Shown: positions 9,810-17,559 of the stretch, in pieces
Numbering within the stretch: position 1 is the stretch's first letter
How the letters are laid out: every line of letters begins with the position of its first letter
NCBI GenBank assembly: GCA_018238625.1
Contig: JABCSY010000004.1
Coordinates: forward strand, 22,868-86,867
DNA from: Promethearchaeota archaeon
GTDB lineage: Archaea; Asgardarchaeota; Lokiarchaeia; Sigyniarchaeales; SOKP01
DNA length: 64,000 bases
Direction of reading: 5' to 3'
Translations under genes and position numbers: made by a program
The notes under the pieces: generated by a model
What the model saw: only the letters and a program-made list of their open reading frames with translations
Database searches by the model: none
Told to the model about the DNA's origin: nothing

Positions 9810-11027
9810 TTAAATAGAAGATAATTTTTCATTTATTTCGTTTTTATGTGTGAAAATTTTCTGGAAAGATATAATAAATGCTGGAAACGCAATAATTGCG
9901 ACGACGATTCCTAACCAATAAGGTGGGAGCGTATCAAGTATGAAAGGTCCTAATAACGGGCCAATTATTTGAGCAAGACTGTCTAAAGCAGAAGAAATAC
10001 CATTTATTTTACCTTGTTCCTGAGGAGATGCTGTTTGGGTAATTTTACTAAGCATGGGACCCCGGGTTAAGGAGGCTGCAAAACTAATAAACATCATAAG
10101 AATAAAAAGAACAAAAATATTTGTTGAAAAACCCAATAAGAAAAAGCAGACTAGAAATGTAGCTAAACCCAAACGTATAGCATTATCTTCCCCAAGTTTC
10201 CTAATAGTTGGTTTAAAAAGAGTAAATCTTATTCCTGTCCGAAATATTCCAGACGTCATAAATAAGATTGAAATGTCGATTGGCGTAAGATCTAGAACGC
10301 TAACACTGAAAAAAGAAAGGGAAGACATTACAATGGTAAAGGAGATTGTATGAAAGGCCCAGAGAGTTAGAATAGAGAGAGCACTTTTATTATCTCTTAT
10401 TTTAGGCAAAACTTCAAATTTGTTTTCATGAGGTTGAATCCTTTTTTCCTTCGGCCATGTCTCTTCCAACATAGCTAGCGTAACAATAATTGTAATTACT
10501 GTTAGACCAGCTGCAAATAATCCAGGTCCTAAAAGACCAAACCACGTAAAAAGAACACCCCCAATTGCTGGTCCTATTAGAGATGCTAACACATGGGCGA
10601 TCCCAACGTTAGCCATTTGAATACCTCTATCTTTTGGTGGAACTTTATCGCTTATGATAGCTTTAGCAATTGGAAAATTTCCTCCAAATATTCCATCAAT
10701 CATGCGTGCTAAAAATAACATCCATAATGTGTTTGAAAAAGCGGTTAATATAAACGCTAAACATGTGCCGAATTGAGAAATCAAAAGTAATGGTTTTCTC
10801 CCATATTTATCGCTAAGTTTTGCTAAAATTGGTCCAAAAATAAAACTGAACATTGCATTAACAGAAAATATTAATCCGATCATTGTCATAGAAGTATTAA
10901 AGAGTTCACTAAAGAATCCTACCATAGGAAAGAAAAGCGTGAACCCCAACACATCAATGAAAATAGCAATCCATAAAGGCGTTAATATTCGATATTTGAA
11001 TAGTTTTCTATTGTTATTTTCGGTCAT
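9810..11027 (-). CDS. MFS transporter, TetA/DHA1-like
   Basis: About 12 TM segments, motif A LSDKYGRKP and ARMIDGIFGG. Confidence 0.92.
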   Translation of the reverse strand: MTENNNRKLFKYRILTPLWIAIFIDVLGFTLFFPMVGFFSELFNTSMTMIGLIFSVNAMFSFIFGPILAKLSDKYGRKPLLLISQFGTCLAFILTAFSNTLWMLFLARMIDGIFGGNFPIAKAIISDKVPPKDRGIQMANVGIAHVLASLIGPAIGGVLFTWFGLLGPGLFAAGLTVITIIVTLAMLEETWPKEKRIQPHENKFEVLPKIRDNKSALSILTLWAFHTISFTIVMSSLSFFSVSVLDLTPIDISILFMTSGIFRTGIRFTLFKPTIRKLGEDNAIRLGLATFLVCFFLLGFSTNIFVLFILMMFISFAASLTRGPMLSKITQTASPQEQGKINGISSALDSLAQIIGPLLGPFILDTLPPYWLGIVVAIIAFPAFIISFQKIFTHKNEINEKLSSI

Positions 11028-11341
11028 ATTTTAATATTCCTAAATTATTTTAAGAAGAATAAGACAAGAATGCTCTTAATATTCCCTAAACTTATCAAAT
11101 AAAATAGACGATGACTATTAAATTATATTAAAAAAGATTTTGAATTTTTATATTAGATGAGATTTTAGCCTAAGTAATTTTACTTTTAAGCCTCTCTATT
11201 TCAATAATTTTATATGTTAATACCAGATGATTAATCTAGCAAAAAAAAGTTAAAGTTTGTTTATCGTCTTTCAAAAAGAGGTTAATTTTAAAATTCATTA
11301 GAGTTATTTTGTTTTTAAGAAAAAAAAAAGAATCGTAATTA

Positions 11342-12451
11342 ATGATGTCTGAAACCTATGAAAACTTTATGATTTATGGATTAGAAAGTACTGGCGAAAA
11401 AGTTAGGTTAGATATTACCGAAGAAGATTTTCGCGCTAATAATGGAACGAACGTATTAAATCCTTACCAAGTACTAGTTATCGTAAAAGAAGGGTTAAGG
11501 AGAATCTATATTTGGAAGGGGGTTGAGTCCCCCGTTAGAAAAAAATTTATTGCGTCGCAAGTCGCCGCACAATTACAAAACGATTTAGTCGTTAATGGTC
11601 ATTTTCATAGATGTAAGATAATTTCGGTTGACCAAGGAGACGAACCACGCGATTTCTTGAGAGCGTTTGATTTTGAATCGATAGAAATTCAAGAGATCTC
11701 GGAAGCTTACAAAAGCGAGTTTAGACAGATTCAACCTATATCTATGGGTAAAGAAAAGAAGGTTTATCAATGGGGGGGACCTCCTCCTGCTTTAAAAGCT
11801 AATAGTACGATTAGTAAAAAAGTAAAAGAATCCGATAGAGAAATTACGCTAAAAAGTAAAGACCCTATTAAACCCCCCGAATTAGATACTAGGAAAATTA
11901 TCGAAAAGATTGTAAAAAATGAGGTTCCAACCAATTTCAAGCGTCAAAATTTGATTTTAGGTAACTTCGAAATTTACGGAGCAGTTATCAAGAAAGCTAA
12001 AATTTTCGGAAAAGAAGTGGAAGAGGTCGATTGGGAGCCAGTTAACTCCTTACCTCACGATATAGTCGAGTTAGATAATCGAACTTTAAGAATTTATTTC
12101 GATGGAGAAAATGGGACGATTGAAGGGCTAGAAATACTCCAAAAAACGAGCGCCCCTCAAATTGAAGAAAAAAAGGATAACAAATTAGACTATAATAAAT
12201 GGACGGTAAAAGAATTGAAGCAATATTGCCAAGAAAGCGACATAAAAATACCTTCGTCGTATAAAAAAGCAGATATTATAAAGCTTATTCAATACGGACC
12301 CACTCTAGATGCTATTGACCAGAAGATTGACTATAACAAGTGGACGGTAAAGCTATTAAAGGAGTTTTGTCAAAAAAATGATATTAAGGTGCTAACTTCT
12401 TATAGAAAAGCAGACTTAGTACGAATTGTGAAAGAATATAATGAAAAATAA
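11342..12451 (+). CDS. Gelsolin-domain protein with two C-terminal SAP/Rho-N-like repeats
   Basis: Gelsolin-repeat pattern VLVIV...RIYIWKG.ESP..KKF.A...A..L...VDQGDEP.DF. Two C-terminal copies of DYNKWTVK.LK..C....IK...SY.KAD. Confidence 0.8.
   Translation: MMSETYENFMIYGLESTGEKVRLDITEEDFRANNGTNVLNPYQVLVIVKEGLRRIYIWKGVESPVRKKFIASQVAAQLQNDLVVNGHFHRCKIISVDQGDEPRDFLRAFDFESIEIQEISEAYKSEFRQIQPISMGKEKKVYQWGGPPPALKANSTISKKVKESDREITLKSKDPIKPPELDTRKIIEKIVKNEVPTNFKRQNLILGNFEIYGAVIKKAKIFGKEVEEVDWEPVNSLPHDIVELDNRTLRIYFDGENGTIEGLEILQKTSAPQIEEKKDNKLDYNKWTVKELKQYCQESDIKIPSSYKKADIIKLIQYGPTLDAIDQKIDYNKWTVKLLKEFCQKNDIKVLTSYRKADLVRIVKEYNEK
12188..12435 (+). repeat. Two coding repeats, 141-bp period (SAP/HeH-like)
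   Basis: gactataataaatggacggtaaa at 12188 and gactataacaagtggacggtaaa at 12329. Confidence 0.85.
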
Positions 12452-12481
12452 TAGATAAAAAAAATACTATATTAAATTTAC

Positions 12482-15451
12482 TCAATCCTGAGAAGCGTAG
12501 AAATCGTCGAAGCTTTCTTGTAACTGAATCATGTATAGCTTTCTCTTTCCAGGTATAACTTTTTCTGTAAGCGTTTTTGCTTTCTCGTAGCAGGTGGCTG
12601 CTTCTACGCGCATTCCTAAGTGTTTATAGGACTGGGCTAATTTTAGAAAAGTGTGAAATGCGAACCAACTTCTTGGGTTGGCTTCTAAAGCTTGGGTAAA
12701 TTTCTCGATAGCACCTTTGTAATTTTTTGAGTTCATTAATACCTCCCCGTATGTATCGTACAGGTTTGCATCGAGAGGTTCGATTTCGATAGCTTTTTCA
12801 ATTGTCTCAATTGCTTCATCGTATCTTCCAATATTACTCAATGAAATGGCTCTATTGTTTAATAACCCTGGCGAGTTTGGATAAAGATCTAAGGCATCGT
12901 CAAGAGTCTTGATCACTTCCAAATAATTACCCATCGTGTAATGCGTAAAGCTTTTCAGTTGATACAACGATTTACGTTCCTGTGGAAATTTTTTCATCAT
13001 CTCATCGATAAGAGCCATTACATCACCTCTCATACTATCGTTCGTAATGTACAAGTGAATTTTTGTATTATAGATATCGAAGTGGTCAGGGGTTAATTCA
13101 ATTGCTTTTTCAATTTCAACTAAAGCCTCTTCAGTCCCATTTGTCTCATTTAAAATATAACTATACAGTTGATAATACCTAGCCAAATGTTTTTTATTCA
13201 GCCCCATTGATATCGCCTTCTCAAATTCCTCAACAAAGAGCTCTTTGTTTGCTTTACTCACATCAAAATTGTATACAATGTTGAATCCGTGAACCAATCC
13301 GGTAATAATATGAGAAAGTGGGTGATTTATGTAATGAAACCTTGCTTTATTGACTATGTCTAAGGCTTTCTCGAACTTTCCTCGTGTTAAATACGAGAAG
13401 GATAGTATCAAATACGCTGCTGTATCGATGCGGGGGTTATGATCGAGTAAATTGATTTTAACTACTTGTTTAATCCAATTTTTCCCCTCTTTATAATTAG
13501 TTGTGAATATGTATAATAGAGCTTTCATTACTGAGAGTTCTAGATCCCTAGGACTTATTTCAATTAATGAATTAATAAGTTCCAAAGGCCCGTCAATTGA
13601 TTTTACACAGCACTCTTTATCTGTTAGGAGGCACAGAAATTTAGTTCGTTGGAGCAAAATATTATCAGGGTATTCAGCTAAAGCTTCTTCTACAACGATT
13701 AAAGCTTTATCGTGGTCAAGATTTATTAGTATTTGGGCTTTTTGAGCAAAAAGCGATGCATCGTAAGCTCTGCTTAACCCAGATTCGATGACTTCTAACG
13801 CTCTATTGAATTTACCCATAAAGAAATAGGTTATTGATTGAAACAAATAACCAATATATTCATCAGGGTGTTTATTTATGATTTCTTCAGTTAGCTCGAG
13901 CGAATCCTCCAATTCTCCATTGCTAGTGTAAAATAAATCTTTCAGAATCATTAGTTCAATATCGTTCAAATTTTTTAAATTATCTGTAAGTAATTCGTTC
14001 ACTTTCGATAGTCTTCCTTTCGCCAACTTACTCTCTATATTCGCCAAAAACTCAGCGTTCTTAGGGAAGTATTCCTTTTTGAATTGAGATGTTCGAATAA
14101 AATTAATTTTGCTCAAATAGAAAATGTCCAAGCTATCAAAAATTCTGTTGTGTAAGAAGTAATACGCTTCGCTATCGGCTGGTTTGTTTATCGAACTCGC
14201 CGTATCAGATGTATCAAAACTTTGAATTACCTCGAAAACGTTTTGAAAGGCGATCCCTTTTATTTTATCTGTATGGTCGATCAAACTCTTCTCGCTCTCA
14301 AATTTATACGCCAAATGCTCGATATACCCCGGAATGAATTTTTTTAAAGCCGGTTTCAAATCGTCGTGGAATAAAATACTACACATATCGCCCGTTATAT
14401 CTTCAAGTAACTCGTTGATATCAGGTATGTGTGGAGATTGAACGCCACTCGCTTTCTGGAACTTACTCAAATAGGTAAATCTCCTAATGAAATCTTCGAT
14501 AATTATATTAAGCATTTTTTCTAACCGTTCTTCAGCCTGAATGTAGTAAGTGTATTTACCGCTTACATTTAGTTTAAAGAAGCATATCGGATAGATGTTA
14601 TCTTCAACGATCTTCTCAATGAAGAAGTTCAATGTTGTTAGCTTTATATCGTATTCTAAAGCAAAATCTTTAGCCGTGATGTAGTTAGGGTATTGATCCG
14701 GGTGATTAATAGCGAGATAAAGCAGAATTTTATCAAAATCCACCTCGTTGGACAAAGTACTTTCAACCTTAGTATAATCCAACCTGAGCACCATGTTCAA
14801 AAATCTGTATTTTATCCCGTTATCATCGATATTGTATTCTTTAAAAAACTCCGCTACTTTATCTGTTATTACATCAACTCTCTTGCTCTCTTCGTCTAAT
14901 ATCGATTGGCGATCTAAATCGTATTTCTTTAACATATTAAAGTATTCTAGCTCACCTGAATTAGTAATCAGATACTCTCGATTATTTTTCTCAACATAAC
15001 CATTATCAAGTAATAAATTCAAGTTTTTTGACAATGAGGATTGATTGATTTTAAGCGGTTCCTCAAGAAAATCTGACCATTTACAATGGTGGTTATTGTA
15101 CAACATCCACAGAATCCAATCATCGTAATTTCTCTTATTTGTTATAGTCTCAGGTGGATAATTCAATGATTTTTCAAGCATATCTTTAACTTGAAGATTG
15201 GCATATTGTTTTCGACCTTCAGCTGTAATCTTATACTTACCCTTCCTCTCCTTCTCAATAAAACCATTATTAATTAAGATTGTAAGATATTTAGACAAAG
15301 TTGCTTGACTTATGTTTACAGGATCTGATTTAAAATCAGACCATGAACAATGGTCGTTATTGGAGAGCATCCAGAGTATAATATGCTCAAAATTTTTGTT
15401 GATTTTCATAGGTGTAATTATACCTTCTGGTGGAAATTTTGGTATACTCAT
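12482..15451 (-). CDS. Tandem winged-helix + TPR-repeat protein (putative ligand-responsive transcription regulator)
   Basis: Two N-terminal repeats ILWML.NN.HC.WSDF...P..I.Q..LSK.L..L...G..EK.....Y.IT..G (MarR-like wHTH) and possibly a third degenerate one. The C-terminal half has many TPRs (e.g. LLNNRAISLSNIGRYDEAIETIEKAIEIEP; YDTYGEVLMNSKNYKGAIEKFTQALEANP). Confidence 0.88.
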   Translation of the reverse strand: MSIPKFPPEGIITPMKINKNFEHIILWMLSNNDHCSWSDFKSDPVNISQATLSKYLTILINNGFIEKERKGKYKITAEGRKQYANLQVKDMLEKSLNYPPETITNKRNYDDWILWMLYNNHHCKWSDFLEEPLKINQSSLSKNLNLLLDNGYVEKNNREYLITNSGELEYFNMLKKYDLDRQSILDEESKRVDVITDKVAEFFKEYNIDDNGIKYRFLNMVLRLDYTKVESTLSNEVDFDKILLYLAINHPDQYPNYITAKDFALEYDIKLTTLNFFIEKIVEDNIYPICFFKLNVSGKYTYYIQAEERLEKMLNIIIEDFIRRFTYLSKFQKASGVQSPHIPDINELLEDITGDMCSILFHDDLKPALKKFIPGYIEHLAYKFESEKSLIDHTDKIKGIAFQNVFEVIQSFDTSDTASSINKPADSEAYYFLHNRIFDSLDIFYLSKINFIRTSQFKKEYFPKNAEFLANIESKLAKGRLSKVNELLTDNLKNLNDIELMILKDLFYTSNGELEDSLELTEEIINKHPDEYIGYLFQSITYFFMGKFNRALEVIESGLSRAYDASLFAQKAQILINLDHDKALIVVEEALAEYPDNILLQRTKFLCLLTDKECCVKSIDGPLELINSLIEISPRDLELSVMKALLYIFTTNYKEGKNWIKQVVKINLLDHNPRIDTAAYLILSFSYLTRGKFEKALDIVNKARFHYINHPLSHIITGLVHGFNIVYNFDVSKANKELFVEEFEKAISMGLNKKHLARYYQLYSYILNETNGTEEALVEIEKAIELTPDHFDIYNTKIHLYITNDSMRGDVMALIDEMMKKFPQERKSLYQLKSFTHYTMGNYLEVIKTLDDALDLYPNSPGLLNNRAISLSNIGRYDEAIETIEKAIEIEPLDANLYDTYGEVLMNSKNYKGAIEKFTQALEANPRSWFAFHTFLKLAQSYKHLGMRVEAATCYEKAKTLTEKVIPGKRKLYMIQLQESFDDFYASQD

Positions 15452-15496
15452 GATTTAATAATGGTATTGCGTCTATATAAGGTTTTTTGTTCGCAT

Positions 15497-15555
15497 CGAA
15501 CTTCGAAGTTCGTTCGAACTTCTCAAAGTCAAACTATATTAAACCTTTCGAACTT
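15497..15555. promoter_or_regulatory. Putative operator in divergent promoter: perfect 16-bp palindrome plus two extra half-sites
   Basis: CGAACTTCGAAGTTCG (15497-15512) is its own reverse complement. TTCGAACTT recurs at 15513-15521 and 15547-15555, flanking a TATA-like TATATTAAA near 15535. Confidence 0.7.
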
Positions 15556-15602
15556 AATCAAATTAACAACAAAAAAAAATAAAAAAAAAGAGGTAAAATA
15601 AA

Positions 15603-15677
15603 ATGAAAAAGGATGAAAATAGAAAACTCATAAAAATGGTAGAATTTAACCCAGCAAATTTAATTTGTAGATATTAA
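15603..15677 (+). CDS. Small peptide 1 (24 aa) MKKDENRKLIKMVEFNPANLICRY
   Basis: GAGGT at 15590-15594, 8 nt before ATG, with an A-rich leader and a T-run after the stop. Similar to peptides 2 and 3. Not in the ORF track. Confidence 0.75.
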   Translation: MKKDENRKLIKMVEFNPANLICRY

Positions 15678-15749
15678 TTAAATAATATTTTTTTTATATA
15701 ATTTTTAAACCAAAAAAAATTAAAAAAAACAAAAACGAGGTAAGATAAA

Positions 15750-15821
15750 ATGGAAAAGTACGATGAAAGATTGATAATAATAAGAAACGCGGGATACATT
15801 CCTGAGCGTTTAGAGTTTTAA
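15750..15821 (+). CDS. Small peptide 2 (23 aa) MEKYDERLIIIRNAGYIPERLEF
   Basis: GAGGT at 15737-15741, 8 nt before ATG, with an A-rich leader and a T-run after the stop. Confidence 0.78.
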   Translation: MEKYDERLIIIRNAGYIPERLEF

Positions 15822-15925
15822 CCTAAATTAATTTTTTTTAATTCAACATTCAAAATTTAACCAAAACAAAAAACAAATCAAAAAAATTAAAAAACAACCA
15901 AAAAATAAAAACGAGGTAAAATGAT

Positions 15926-16000
15926 ATGAAAAGAAAAGAAAAGGATACCCAAACAATCCTAAACCCGACGGGATATAATACTGCAACATTAAGATTTTAA
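15926..16000 (+). CDS. Small peptide 3 (24 aa) MKRKEKDTQTILNPTGYNTATLRF
   Basis: GAGGT at 15913-15917, 8 nt before ATG, with an A-rich leader and a T-run after the stop. Confidence 0.78.
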   Translation: MKRKEKDTQTILNPTGYNTATLRF

Positions 16001-16030
16001 ATTAAATTTTTTTTGTCTTTTTATTTTTAC
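16001..16030 (+). terminator. Oligo-T archaeal-type terminator after the peptide cluster
   Basis: ttttttttgtctttttattttt follows the stop of peptide 3. Similar T-runs follow peptides 1 and 2. Confidence 0.45.
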
Positions 16031-16033
16031 TCC

Positions 16034-16306
16034 TTATTTATTAATACTGCTTTCTATTTCGCTTATTCTTTTTTTACCCATTCTAGTTATCGTGTAATTT
16101 CTCTTACTAACTTTGTGAATATAACACTTCTCAATGAATAAGCGAAGGTATTTTGATAAAGTTGCTTGACTTATATTTACAAGATCCGATTTAAAATCAG
16201 ACCATGAACAATATTCGTTAGTATAGAGCATCCAGAGAATGCAGTATTCAAATTTTTGGGAATTATCTAGAAATTTGTTTAAGATTTCTTTAGATGGATA
16301 AATTAT
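16034..16306 (-). CDS. Stand-alone winged-helix mini-protein, paralog of the first wHTH of 12482-15451 (non-ATG start or pseudogene)
   Basis: CSWSDFKSDLVNISQATLSKYL versus CSWSDFKSDPVNISQATLSKYL. Homology (IIYPSKEIL...KFEYCILW) continues in frame upstream of ATG 16231 with only ATA/ATT starts. The upstream in-frame stop is at 16331-16333. Confidence 0.7.
   Translation of the reverse strand: MIYPSKEILNKFLDNSQKFEYCILWMLYTNEYCSWSDFKSDLVNISQATLSKYLRLFIEKCYIHKVSKRNYTITRMGKKRISEIESSINK
16158..16212. repeat. Direct repeat of 15297-15351 (52/55 identical)
   Basis: Manual alignment. The segment encodes the HTH helices of both wHTH genes. Confidence 0.9.
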
Positions 16307-16395
16307 TTTTCTAATTAATCTAAATTGTCTTTATTTTGTTTTATTGAGAAATCCTTGTTCATGTACTAAAAAAAAGATTAAAATTAATTAGAATT

Positions 16396-17301
16396 TTAAC
16401 TAAATACATTAGTTCCTTTCTGCTCTAAGAGATTTCGAATCTTTACGAGATAGCTTCTTTTATAAAATTGAATTTTTGATTCTGAAAAAGGTAATAAACT
16501 CCAATAATAAGCCAGAATCTCTTCAGGATGTAATCTGTGCTGGTTGTTGTAGGGGTCAATTTCTTCGCACAACTCAAATAATTTAAGTGGAGGAGTTATG
16601 AATTTTGGTCGGTTGTTTTCAAATAAAGGCAAGCATTTATTATCTTTCATTTCAAACTCAAGAAATGTAAAACGGAAGTATTCAAAAAAATATCCACCTC
16701 TAAAAGGAGTTTCAGAATAGAGAAAAGGAACTGCTTTTATCTGGGCCCCGTTATTTTGAAATGTTACATAGCAGTTCTTTCCAATTGTATCCGGATTTGA
16801 CACATATAGGTGTTTATATTCGTTAGGGACATCTAATTCGGGACAAGCTGTAAATCCAAGTTTAAGATATAAGTCATTCCGGAATTTTGTGTTAGTAGTG
16901 CTAATTACGTGAAAAAGTTCGTGTGCGATTAGTTCTTTTAATTCGTCGTATGGCCATTGAACCATAGAAATTGGGACATAGATAGAAGTATTCCTCGTGT
17001 AAGCGGCATCGCATTCCTCTCGACCTGTGGTTTTTATAAGTTTAACGCTGTCCAATAGGTATTCTTTGTACGGCGCGTAGCAAATGTCCAATTCGCTGAA
17101 AATTCTATTAACGATAATTTCCTCAGAATCTGTCCATTCAACCGTTTGTCGGGAAAGAAACTCCACCAAGTCTTCTTTCGATACCTTTTCCGTGGTTCCT
17201 AAGCGAGACTGTAAGTCAAACTCGCTAAAATTAGAAATATAATCGTCTTTTTCGGCGATTACGGAAGATGCTGTTTGAGCATCAAGAAGTTCAGCCTTCA
17301 A
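16396..17301 (-). CDS. Zincin-like metallopeptidase (HExxH)
   Basis: AAYTR...LIAHELFHVI and distal HPEEILA. RBS-like AGGGTGA upstream of the TTG start. Confidence 0.7.
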   Translation of the reverse strand: MKAELLDAQTASSVIAEKDDYISNFSEFDLQSRLGTTEKVSKEDLVEFLSRQTVEWTDSEEIIVNRIFSELDICYAPYKEYLLDSVKLIKTTGREECDAAYTRNTSIYVPISMVQWPYDELKELIAHELFHVISTTNTKFRNDLYLKLGFTACPELDVPNEYKHLYVSNPDTIGKNCYVTFQNNGAQIKAVPFLYSETPFRGGYFFEYFRFTFLEFEMKDNKCLPLFENNRPKFITPPLKLFELCEEIDPYNNQHRLHPEEILAYYWSLLPFSESKIQFYKRSYLVKIRNLLEQKGTNVFS

Positions 17302-17559
17302 TTAATTTTCACCCTAGTAAAATATGCTGATGGATTTAATGATGAAAATTATGAGATAGTATTTAAGAAAACAGAGGGTAAAAAATTAGTATTTTAAATA
17401 AAAAGGAATTGTTATTTGGTTTAATAAACCCTATTCTTTTTTAATTATCATAAAACTTAATTTTAAGAACAAGAATTTGCATTATTTATGGAACAAGAAG
17501 TTTTTTTGACACAAGAAACTATTCTGTAATTTAAATACTCGTTTAGGATCTAAGATTTT

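Noticed and set aside
15324-15340. Palindrome TCTGATTT-A-AAATCAGA
   Set aside because: It lies inside coding sequence (SDFKSD) and is broken in the paralogous copy, so it is probably incidental.
15350-15601. 83-aa + strand ORF in the track
   Set aside because: It overlaps the wHTH-TPR start antisense and runs through the operator and A-rich leader. The RBS-led peptide ORFs explain the region better.
15921-15929. ATG ATA TGA mini-ORF before peptide 3
   Set aside because: It is only 3 nt from the GAGGT. ATG 15926 has the same 8-nt spacing as the other two peptides.
15560-16030. CRISPR-like or ncRNA array interpretation of the three repeated units
   Set aside because: The shared part is only an A-tract plus GAGGTAA, unit lengths differ (147 and 176 bp), no cas genes are present, and the variable parts are clean ORFs.
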